A stretch of 40,209 nt of DNA from Kayfunavirus T147P5. The notes under the pieces are model-generated. The model saw nothing but the letters and a program-made list of their open reading frames with translations, did no database searches and had not been told where the DNA came from. The translations under genes and the position numbers were made by a program. The stretch is from sequence record OZ035809.1; one strand, 5' to 3'. The first letter of the stretch is position 1. The number at the start of each line of letters is the position of its first letter. Positions 1-6,525 of this stretch are shown here, in pieces.

Positions 1-33
1 TACAAAACGATTAAAGGAGGTGGTAAAACATGA
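1..33 (+). CDS. holin (gene 17.5-like) C-terminal fragment; valid only if the window ends are contiguous (wrap-around)
   Basis: Frame 1 is open from nt 1 to TGA at 31-33 (YKTIKGGGKT*), in the same codon phase as the holin ORF that runs off the window at 40209; stop overlaps the gene 18 ATG (ATGA). Lys-rich tail fits a holin C-terminus. Confidence 0.3.
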   Translation, partial: YKTIKGGGKT

Positions 34-293
34 CGCAGATGGACTTAGAGAAGTTCCTCTTAATGCTAGATACTGAACGTGCTCGACTCATGCTGCAAGA
101 CCTGCGGGATGACTCTAAGCGTTCACCTCAGCTTTACAACGCCATTGAGAAGCTACTGGCTCGTCACAACTTCGTGCTAAGCAAGGTGTCTGTTGACGAG
201 AAGACGCTCGCTGATATGGAGGCCCTGAACGCAGAGTACGATAAGGTGCTCTCAGCGACTGAGGATAATGACACCGGGTATGGTGTTCAATAA
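30..293 (+). CDS. terminase small subunit (T7 gp18-like)
   Basis: RBS AAGGAGG at 14-20; 87 aa; shares LxMLDT...RSPQLYNAI.KLL.RH.F with T7 gp18 (recalled); lies just upstream of spanins and terminase large subunit. Confidence 0.85.
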   Translation: MTQMDLEKFLLMLDTERARLMLQDLRDDSKRSPQLYNAIEKLLARHNFVLSKVSVDEKTLADMEALNAEYDKVLSATEDNDTGYGVQ

Positions 294-295
294 GT

Positions 296-341
296 GTTAG
301 ACTCAAGGTCATTACTATATGTAGTGGCCTTTATGGTTAAC
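296..341 (+). promoter_or_regulatory. RNase III-site-like RNA hairpin (analogous position to T7 R18.5)
   Basis: Inner stem AAGGUCA(305-311)/UGGCCUU(325-331) with one G-U pair, outer stem GUUA(296-299)/UAAC(338-341), 13-nt loop; near-identical element at 16436-16481 and 9519-9565. Confidence 0.5.
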
Positions 342-354
342 ACTAGGAGGATAT

Positions 355-759
355 ATGGAAGGACAATATTTAAGCGGTGGTTACTATAAAGTAACTATCA
401 ATGGTAAGGTTCACGGGGTTCATCGGGTTAAATGGGAGATGGCGCATGGGCCAGTTCCGGCTGGCTACGTCATTGACCATATAGACCGGAACACTCTGAA
501 CAATGAGCTATCAAACCTAAGGGCAATACCTAAAGGCGCTAATGGTGCTAATACCTTATCGTCTAGAGAGTTACCAAAAGGAGTCTACTCACGGTTCGCT
601 AAAAGGCTTAACGCTACAGTGTACTATGGAGACATACGCATTGGTGGCATCAAGAGAACCCATGAGCCTACTACCAATCTACAGAAAGTTGAGGACTGGG
701 CTAAAGAGGCCCACGCAAATCTTCTTAAGGAGGTGTATGGTGTGGTTAACGTTTATTAA
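355..759 (+). CDS. HNH homing endonuclease
   Basis: RBS AGGAGG 345-350; 134 aa with HGVHRVKWEMAHGPVPAGYVIDHIDRNTLNNELSNLR (classic HNH motif); inserted between terminase small subunit and spanin, overlapping the spanin start. Confidence 0.8.
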   Translation: MEGQYLSGGYYKVTINGKVHGVHRVKWEMAHGPVPAGYVIDHIDRNTLNNELSNLRAIPKGANGANTLSSRELPKGVYSRFAKRLNATVYYGDIRIGGIKRTHEPTTNLQKVEDWAKEAHANLLKEVYGVVNVY

Positions 760-1177
760 GAGAGTGGTCCCTTGGCTAGTGGCAGGACTCCTGTTCGCCT
801 CTGGTTACTGGGTAGCTGACAATAAGTGGGAGGCTAAAGTAAATGAAGAATACATCACGAAACTTGAGGCACGAGAGAGTCAACGAACTGCTATCCAAGC
901 ACGAGTCGATGAAGTCTCAGCGGAGTGGCAGGACAAGATGTCCTCGCTGGAAGGCTCTACTGATAGGATTATTAATGACCTTAACCGCGATAACAGGCGG
1001 CTGCTCGTCAAAGTCAAGACCTCAGGTCTCAGCGAGCCAGATTACAGTAGATGCTTCCCTAATGGTCGAGTCGAACTACACCCAGAGACTTCTAAAAGTC
1101 TTATCCGAATAACGCAAGAAGCTGACCTTAAGGAGAAAGCTTTACAGGAAACCATAAGGAGGTTGCGTGGCGAATAA
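737..1177 (+). CDS. i-spanin (Rz-like, T7 gp18.5-like)
   Basis: ATG 737 with RBS AAGGAGG 725-731; N-terminal TM segment ([17 protein letters not shown]); resembles T7 gp18.5; the ORF-track start at 542 is an in-frame upstream extension without RBS. Confidence 0.8.
   Translation: MVWLTFIKRVVPWLVAGLLFASGYWVADNKWEAKVNEEYITKLEARESQRTAIQARVDEVSAEWQDKMSSLEGSTDRIINDLNRDNRRLLVKVKTSGLSEPDYSRCFPNGRVELHPETSKSLIRITQEADLKEKALQETIRRLRGE
843..1112 (+). CDS. o-spanin (Rz1-like lipoprotein, T7 gp18.7-like), embedded in +1 frame of i-spanin
   Basis: Signal/lipobox [14 protein letters not shown]; C-terminal VDASLMVE resembles T7 gp18.7 (VDSSLMVE); fully nested within 737-1177 as in T7. Confidence 0.75.
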   Translation: MKNTSRNLRHERVNELLSKHESMKSQRSGRTRCPRWKALLIGLLMTLTAITGGCSSKSRPQVSASQITVDASLMVESNYTQRLLKVLSE

Positions 1178-2936
1178 GAAAACACCTGCTGAAAGACAGG
1201 CAGAAATGACCCAAAGGATGAGGGATGACTTCGTGTTCTTCATATTCGTTCTATGGAAAGCTCTGAGCCTTCCTGTTCCAACACGCTGCCAGATAGATAT
1301 GTGTAAGAAGCTGGCGGCTGGAGATAATCGACGCTTCATCCTTCAAGCATTCCGTGGTATTGGAAAGTCGTTCCTGACCTGTGGTTTCGTGGTCTGGAAG
1401 TTATGGAATAACCCAGACTTGAAGTTCATGATTGTGTCGGCCTCAAAGGAACGAGCCGATGCGAACTCCATCTTCATCAAGCGTATCATCGACCTCATGC
1501 CTCAGCTTCAGGAACTCAAACCTAAACAGGGGCAGCGAGATGCGGTTATCAGCTTCGACGTGGGACCTGCCAAGCCAGACCACTCACCTTCGGTTAAGTC
1601 CGTTGGTATCACTGGTCAGTTGACTGGTAGTCGTGCTGACATCCTGATTGCCGATGACGTTGAGGTTCCGAACAACTCAGCGACTCAGGCTGCACGAGAC
1701 CGTCTATCAGAGCTTGTGAAAGAGTTCGACGCTATCCTGAAGCCGGGAGGTACGATCATCTATCTGGGTACTCCTCAGAACGAGATGACCCTGTACCGTG
1801 AGCTGGAAGGTCGTGGGTACACCACTACTATCTGGCCCGCTCGTTATCCACGCGACAGGAAGGACTGGCAGTCTTACGGCGACCGTCTGGCTCCTATGCT
1901 TCAGGCAGAGCTGGAAGAGGACCCTGAGTCCTTCTACTGGCGTCCGACTGATGAAGTACGCTTCGATGATACGGACCTGAAGGAACGTGAGCTGTCCTAC
2001 GGTAAAGCTGGATTCGCTCTACAGTTCATGCTTAACCCGAACCTGAGTGATGCCGAGAAGTACCCTCTGAAGCTCCGTGACCTTATCGTAGCCGACTTGG
2101 ACCCAGCGTCCAGCCCAATGGTCTACCAATGGTTGCCAAACCCTCAGAACAAGCGTGAGGACGTTCCTAACGTGGGACTCATGGGTGACTCGTACCACAC
2201 GTATCAGACTGTAGGTTCTGCCTTCAGTTCGTACACCCAGAAGATTCTGGTCATAGACCCTAGTGGTCGTGGTAAGGATGAAACTGGCTATGCGGTACTA
2301 TACCAGCTCAACGGCTATATCTTCGCTATGGAAGTTGGCGGTATGCGTGGTGGCTATGAAGACTCTACGCTGGAAGCCTTGGCTAAGATTGGTCGTAAGT
2401 GGAAGGTCAACGAGTACGTCATTGAGGGTAACTTCGGTGATGGTATGTACCTTGAGTTATTCAAGCCTGTAGCTGCCCGTATCCATCCTGCTGCTGTAAC
2501 TGAAGTGAAGAGTAAGGGTCAGAAAGAACTCCGCATCTGTGACGTTCTGGAGCCTATCATGGGGTCTCACCGACTTATCGTTAACGCTGCTGCTATAGTC
2601 CAAGACTACCAGTCTGCCTCTGATAAGGATGGTGTTCGTAACCCTATCTACTCTCTCTTCTACCAGATGACACGTATCTCTCGTGAACGTGGAGCCTTGG
2701 CACACGATGACCGACTTGATGCGCTGGCTATCGGTGTACAGTTCTTCGTTGAGTCTATGGCTAAGGATGCCAACAAAGGCGAACGTGAAGTCACTGAGGA
2801 GTGGCTGGAGGAACAGATGGAGAACCCACGGAAAGGCTTCGAGTCCATCCACACGGAGTTCTGGGACAATGGGGTCCGGGTAACTCACGATACGGACGAC
2901 GAGCTTGGACTAGGGTCCTACGTTACGTTCCACTAG
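1167..2936 (+). CDS. terminase large subunit (T7 gp19-like)
   Basis: 589 aa; long collinear similarity to T7 gp19 ([77 protein letters not shown]). Confidence 0.95.
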   Translation: MANKKTPAERQAEMTQRMRDDFVFFIFVLWKALSLPVPTRCQIDMCKKLAAGDNRRFILQAFRGIGKSFLTCGFVVWKLWNNPDLKFMIVSASKERADANSIFIKRIIDLMPQLQELKPKQGQRDAVISFDVGPAKPDHSPSVKSVGITGQLTGSRADILIADDVEVPNNSATQAARDRLSELVKEFDAILKPGGTIIYLGTPQNEMTLYRELEGRGYTTTIWPARYPRDRKDWQSYGDRLAPMLQAELEEDPESFYWRPTDEVRFDDTDLKERELSYGKAGFALQFMLNPNLSDAEKYPLKLRDLIVADLDPASSPMVYQWLPNPQNKREDVPNVGLMGDSYHTYQTVGSAFSSYTQKILVIDPSGRGKDETGYAVLYQLNGYIFAMEVGGMRGGYEDSTLEALAKIGRKWKVNEYVIEGNFGDGMYLELFKPVAARIHPAAVTEVKSKGQKELRICDVLEPIMGSHRLIVNAAAIVQDYQSASDKDGVRNPIYSLFYQMTRISRERGALAHDDRLDALAIGVQFFVESMAKDANKGEREVTEEWLEEQMENPRKGFESIHTEFWDNGVRVTHDTDDELGLGSYVTFH

Positions 2937-3030
2937 CTGAATGAATAACTATAGGCGAAAACTGAATTAATACGCGGTTAGTAACCTATAGTTACTACCA
3001 GTCTAACCTACTGTTTTACAAGGAGTTTGG

Positions 3031-3053
3031 ACTTAACTATCACTATAGGGAAG
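3031..3053 (+). promoter_or_regulatory. phage RNAP promoter (phiOR-like)
   Basis: ACTTAACTATCACTATAGGGAAG; matches the 11-copy consensus; +1 G about 3048; between gene 19 and gene 19.5 as in T7. Confidence 0.8.
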
Positions 3054-3232
3054 ACCCCCGGTTACTTATAGTATTACTGTAGTGAATATACATATGCAGA
3101 CTTTATGCAAGACCTTAGGAGGCAGACTCCGAGTTCTTACCTAAGGCTTGCACCGATGGAAGGAGGGTGATATTAATCATAATCCCTCCAATACAGATAG
3201 TAAAGACCATAGATACAGGAGGTATGTAGCAT

Positions 3233-3391
3233 ATGGCAAAGACCAAAGCTGTACTTAAAGCTCTGGCGACCAATCGAGCTACATACAGGTTTCTTGCTGC
3301 TGTTCTACTTGCTGCTGGCGTTACTGCTGGAAGTCAGTGGGTCGGGTGGGTCGAGACTCTCGTATGTTCTCTGGTCTCTCAGTGTAATTAA
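3233..3391 (+). CDS. gp19.5-like small protein
   Basis: Not in ORF track (52 aa); RBS AGGAGG 3216-3221; MAKTKAVLKALATNRATYRFLAAVLLAAG...LVCSLVSQCN resembles T7 gp19.5 (..RVTYRFLVVL...VVCSIL..); same position after gene 19. Confidence 0.6.
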   Translation: MAKTKAVLKALATNRATYRFLAAVLLAAGVTAGSQWVGWVETLVCSLVSQCN

Positions 3392-3460
3392 CGCAATCAT
3401 GGTAACGATTCATGAGCGGAAGACCTAAGGTCAGTACGTGGATAAAGACTCACTCTACTG

Positions 3461-3599
3461 ACCTTAGCTACTGTAGTCAAGGACTTTAGGTAACACCATT
3501 CAGGCTCTCACCTCTGGTCTACCTACTGATTGGTTCACTGGTCGTCATCCGATGGTCTTAGACCTACGGTCCTTGACCTACAGTAGCTGGTTCCTAAGG
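3461..3599. repeat. imperfect inverted repeat (about 24-bp arms, about 85-bp spacer) just left of the presumed terminal repeat
   Basis: Left arm ACCTTAGCTACTGTAGTCAAGGAC (3461-3484) vs right arm GTCCTTGACCTACAGTAGCTGGT (3569-3591), reverse-complementary with one indel and one mismatch. Confidence 0.5.
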
Positions 3600-3637
3600 A
3601 GGGACGATGAGTTTTGGACCAAAAGTTTGAGACCACA

Positions 3638-3826
3638 TCTCACAGTTCAAGAACCTCAAGTCTCCCCATAGGCCATCTTTCAGTCCAGACCAAAGGCCCT
3701 ACCCCAGTCTATCATAAGGTTAGACCGATGGTCAAGACTTCAGGTCAACGATAGGTTGTGGCTATGGCTTAGGGAAGGACGATAGGTAGGGACTATGGGT
3801 CTGTCTTTGAGTCTCTATCTGTATCA
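3638..3826. repeat. probable direct terminal repeat (single collapsed copy) containing the physical genome ends
   Basis: Begins TCTCACAGTTCAAGAACCTCAAGTCTCCCCATAGG, closely resembling the first bases of the T7 genome (recalled); 246 bp downstream of gene 19.5; end near CTATCTGTATCAG is approximate. Confidence 0.45.
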
Positions 3827-3910
3827 GACCATAAGTCACTAACCTACAGTCTCACTAACCTACAGTCTCAACCATAAGACACCAACACCTACAGTCATAG
3901 ACCTACAGTT
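3827..3910. repeat. short direct-repeat array (ACCTACAGT units)
   Basis: ACCTACAGT at 3842, 3858, 3887, 3901 with tandem 16-bp CTCACTAACCTACAGT x2; analogous to the CCTAAAG-type arrays after the T7 terminal repeat. Confidence 0.5.
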
Positions 3911-4020
3911 ACTAGACACAAAGCTATAGACTTAAGGTCTAAGACATGTTAGTCAAAGACTATATCCTCTTACACCATGGGGCCGACGATAGCTTAATCA
4001 ATATTATTTCAAATTACCTA

Positions 4021-4049
4021 TTGACTATAGGTCCAGACTATGGCCTAAT
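4021..4049 (+). promoter_or_regulatory. candidate host sigma70 early promoter (T7 A1-like)
   Basis: -35 TTGACT (4021-4026), 17-bp spacer, -10 CCTAAT/CTAATA (4044-4050); resembles T7 A1 architecture (TTGACT-17-GATACT). Confidence 0.45.
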
Positions 4050-4161
4050 AGCTTACGTCAACACGACACGGCAACAACCGGATAGTGAAGACGCCGGGTC
4101 ATCCCGGTTAAGTAGACAGCCTGATAAGTCATACGAAAAACAGGCAGATGACAGAAAGTAG

Positions 4162-4191
4162 TTGACAAGCAGTAACGATAAGATGTAAGCT
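4162..4191 (+). promoter_or_regulatory. A2/A3-like promoter remnant (TTGACA ... TAAGAT) with non-canonical spacing
   Basis: TTGACA 4162-4167 and TAAGAT 4179-4184 separated by only 11 bp; alternative -10 TAAGCT at 18 bp is weak. Confidence 0.25.
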
Positions 4192-4306
4192 GTACCACAT
4201 CGAAACAACGGTGACGACCGACACTGAAACGGTCTACCTGAAGTCCTCTGACTGAAGGGAATGCTCTTTAACAATCTGGATAAACTCTTAATGTGCGCCG
4301 ATAGCG

Positions 4307-4378
4307 ACTAACTACAGGGTCTTTGAGTCTACATCTGAAGGCCCTGGCTGATAGTCACTAACTTAACGGATGGACACT
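4307..4378 (+). promoter_or_regulatory. conserved early intergenic element E1 (probable RNA processing/regulatory site)
   Basis: GACTAACTACAGGG...GGCCCTGGCTGATAGTCACTAAC; diverged copy of E2/E3; immediately precedes first early ORF. Confidence 0.4.
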
Positions 4379-4624
4379 ATGAAACACTTAAGCACAATCA
4401 CTAATCACAATGAAGTATTCGTGAACACTAAAGGTTATGCGTGGATTCAGCTTAAAGAGATGAGAGGAGCGCGTCACCGTGTGGTAGTTCGCAAGGTATC
4501 AAGCAAGCCGTTCAGCAACTACAGCGTAGATATTGTGCGTATAGACAACGAGACTTACCTGATAGACTCGCAGATAACCGTGAGTCCTACAGCGGGCATC
4601 TCAGCTCCTTATTTCGCTAACTGA
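4370..4624 (+). CDS. hypothetical early protein
   Basis: 84-aa ORF; alternative start ATG 4379 fits the RBS spacing seen for E2/E3; first gene after the host-promoter region. Confidence 0.6.
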   Translation: MDTMKHLSTITNHNEVFVNTKGYAWIQLKEMRGARHRVVVRKVSSKPFSNYSVDIVRIDNETYLIDSQITVSPTAGISAPYFAN

Positions 4625-4627
4625 GAG

Positions 4628-4697
4628 TGATTAACTACAGGTCGTTAGAATCATAGCGGCCTGACTGATAGTCACTAGCAACCTAAGAGGATTCATT
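4628..4697 (+). promoter_or_regulatory. conserved early intergenic element E2
   Basis: TGATTAACTACAGGTCGTTAGAATCATAGCGGCCTGACTGATAGTCACTAGC; about 90 percent identical to E3; fills the intergenic gap; RBS AAGAGGA follows. Confidence 0.4.
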
Positions 4698-4976
4698 ATG
4701 AGACTGAACAAAGCTACAGCAGAAGCCTTCCGCAAGGAGCTTGAATCAAGATTATTGTGTGGAGTGGCGGAAGGAGCCGCTCGATATAAAGAGAATGGTC
4801 TAACGTTCAAGCGCTTTATGTGGGATTGCTATCACGGAGTGGGCCATAAAAAGTCGCAGGAAATAATCACCAGCAACAATGCGGAAGTGCAAGTGATAGG
4901 AGGATACATGGCTAACGTGAAGGATTCACACATAGAGACAATGCTTAAGAATGCACTTAAAGATGTAGCCTACTAG
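4698..4976 (+). CDS. hypothetical early protein
   Basis: 92-aa ORF with RBS AAGAGGA; no recognisable motif. Confidence 0.65.
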   Translation: MRLNKATAEAFRKELESRLLCGVAEGAARYKENGLTFKRFMWDCYHGVGHKKSQEIITSNNAEVQVIGGYMANVKDSHIETMLKNALKDVAY

Positions 4977-5046
4977 TGATTAACTACAGGTCGTTAGACT
5001 GATAGCGGCCTGACTGATAGTCACTAACAACTGAGAGGATATAACT
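4977..5046 (+). promoter_or_regulatory. conserved early intergenic element E3
   Basis: TGATTAACTACAGGTCGTTAGACTGATAGCGGCCTGACTGATAGTCACTAACAAC; contains short hairpin TGACT-GAT-AGTCA; precedes ocr-like gene. Confidence 0.4.
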
Positions 5047-5550
5047 ATGGAACGTAACGCTAACGCATACTATGAGCTGCTGGCTGCAACCGTTGAGGCA
5101 TTTATCGAGCGTATTCAGTACGACCACCTGACTCAAGATGATGACTACAGCGATGCGCTGCATGAGGTCGTAGACGGTCAGGTTCCACACTATTACCACG
5201 AGATTTTTACGGTGATGGCTGCTGATGGTATAGACCACGAGTTCGAAGACTCTGGGCTGATGCCTGAAACCAAGGACGTAACGCGTATACTACAAGCTCG
5301 CATCTATGAGGCGCTTTATAACGATGTGTCTAATAGCTTGGATGTAGTCTGGTTTGAGGCTGAAGAGGCAGACGAAGAGGATGAATATTGGGTAGTTGAC
5401 GCTAAAACAGGCGCAATAATTGTGCAAGCTGTAGCTCTTGAGGTCGCTACTGCATGTGCCAATGTCAACTATGCAACAGGTCGCCACCTGAAGGTGGAAG
5501 ACATCAATGATAACGTAGTGTTCGACCCTGCGGCTGAGGACTGCGAGTGA
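5047..5550 (+). CDS. ocr: Ocr-like DNA-mimic anti-restriction protein (T7 gp0.3-like) with about 54-aa C-terminal extension
   Basis: [43 protein letters not shown] nearly identical to T7 Ocr core; acidic stretch [10 protein letters not shown]; 167 aa versus 117 aa in T7. Confidence 0.8.
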   Translation: MERNANAYYELLAATVEAFIERIQYDHLTQDDDYSDALHEVVDGQVPHYYHEIFTVMAADGIDHEFEDSGLMPETKDVTRILQARIYEALYNDVSNSLDVVWFEAEEADEEDEYWVVDAKTGAIIVQAVALEVATACANVNYATGRHLKVEDINDNVVFDPAAEDCE

Positions 5551-5705
5551 TGGTAACTTATGGTATCTGCCAGCACCACGTCGCAAACGCCCGGCTTATG
5601 GTCAAGACCGGGCAATTAAACCACGATGCGACTATGCGTCACCTGAAAGCGGTCTATGAGGGCCGCAAGCGCATACACGACAGTTTGCACGCTGAGGATA
5701 AGTAA
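5550..5705 (+). CDS. small early protein at the position of T7 gene 0.4
   Basis: Not in ORF track (51 aa); ATG overlaps ocr stop (TGATG); ..TMRHLKAVYEGRKRI.. loosely resembles T7 gp0.4 as recalled. Confidence 0.45.
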   Translation: MVTYGICQHHVANARLMVKTGQLNHDATMRHLKAVYEGRKRIHDSLHAEDK

Positions 5706-5818
5706 CGTGTATCATAGCCTGACCATAACGCTGACAGGCGGGTACTGAGTGATAGACGAGAGGTCATCGACTGATAGGTGGCCTCAAAGATTACCACTTG
5801 AATTAATAGGAGTTAACT

Positions 5819-5908
5819 ATGAGTGTGGGATATTGGGTCTGCCTAGCGCCAGTTATCTGGATGATAGGCTATGGGTTATACGACTGTATTAAACGGAAAT
5901 CACTATGA
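5819..5908 (+). CDS. small hydrophobic peptide (29 aa)
   Basis: RBS AGGAG 5808-5812; MSVGYWVCLAPVIWMIGYGLYDCIKRKSL; stop overlaps next ATG. Confidence 0.3.
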   Translation: MSVGYWVCLAPVIWMIGYGLYDCIKRKSL

Positions 5909-6102
5909 GTCTTGCACTATTGATAGCCATAGGCTATGGACTTATCGCCTACGTGCTGATGAGAGACATCTACAAAGCGCGTAAAGTCTACAAATTCAAC
6001 TATGTACGTCTGGGCCGCTGGACTGTACGTCAACCTAACGGACGATTCATGCGCAACCTAGCGAACGTCTGGGATATAGCAACACTTGGGAGCAAACTGT
6101 AA
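5905..6102 (+). CDS. small membrane protein
   Basis: 65-aa ORF with N-terminal TM segment LALLIAIGYGLIAYVLM; translationally coupled to the flanking ORFs. Confidence 0.5.
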   Translation: MSLALLIAIGYGLIAYVLMRDIYKARKVYKFNYVRLGRWTVRQPNGRFMRNLANVWDIATLGSKL

Positions 6103-6428
6103 TGAACAAGTCATACGGGATTAATCTGGTACACTCTATGGACGCAGACATGCAAATGTTAAGCCTACTTGCTACCGGGTATCGTCACGGAACGTCAAGT
6201 CACACCGCACGTCAACAGCAGGAGCGGGACCGGGTACTGCAAGCAAGACTCCGGGCTGAGGGCCATAAGTCCGAGCTGATGTGTCTGGCGTATGGTGGAC
6301 GACCAATCACTGACGATGGTAAACTTTTAGTCTCAGGCTGGAAGGCGATAGACCAACGGTCAACCATCAAGCACACGACTCATGGTGACTTCAGTCATCT
6401 TCACGCTAACCCACTGATATGCAAGTGA
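6102..6428 (+). CDS. hypothetical early protein
   Basis: 108-aa ORF occupying the slot where T7 has gene 0.7; no kinase motifs. Confidence 0.6.
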   Translation: MNKSYGINLVHSMDADMQMLSLLATGYRHGTSSHTARQQQERDRVLQARLRAEGHKSELMCLAYGGRPITDDGKLLVSGWKAIDQRSTIKHTTHGDFSHLHANPLICK

Positions 6429-6433
6429 TTCTG

Positions 6434-6456
6434 ACTTAACTATCACTATAGGACTC
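6434..6456 (+). promoter_or_regulatory. phage RNAP promoter immediately upstream of the RNAP gene
   Basis: ACTTAACTATCACTATAGGACTC; full consensus match; leader 6457-6525 contains direct repeats (AAGTGAAAGAC x2, GACTTTAAGT x2). Confidence 0.75.
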
Positions 6457-6525
6457 AAGGTCTAAGACTCCAAGTGAAAGACCAAAGAGACTTTAAGTGA
6501 AAGACTAATAACAAGGACTTTAAGT

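Noticed and set aside
542-736. N-terminal extension of the spanin ORF (ORF-track start at 542)
   Set aside because: No RBS at 542; the region overlaps the HNH gene in another frame. ATG 737 has a canonical RBS and gives a protein matching T7 gp18.5 in length and N-terminus.
2457-2888. Minus-strand ORFs inside conserved + strand genes (e.g. 2457-2888, 6726-7100, 24160-24600, 25631-26185, 10639-11040)
   Set aside because: They lie antisense to strongly supported T7-homologous genes, lack RBS and promoters, and T7-like genomes are transcribed from one strand only; treated as shadow ORFs.
3946-4161. 71-aa ORF in the left-end non-coding region
   Set aside because: No convincing RBS; it spans the A1-like promoter and its initial transcribed region, which appear conserved with the T7 early promoter region as recalled; more likely non-coding.
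4162-4191. Strong sigma70 promoter (T7 A2/A3 equivalent)
   Set aside because: The TTGACA and TAAGAT hexamers are only 11 bp apart; kept only as a low-confidence remnant.
3827-5046. Possible CRISPR array (repeated ACCTACAGT units and the E1-E3 repeats)
   Set aside because: Units are 9-16 bp with irregular spacing, or 70 bp separated by whole genes; no regular repeat-spacer periodicity and no cas genes. Better explained as terminal-repeat-associated arrays and intergenic processing sites.
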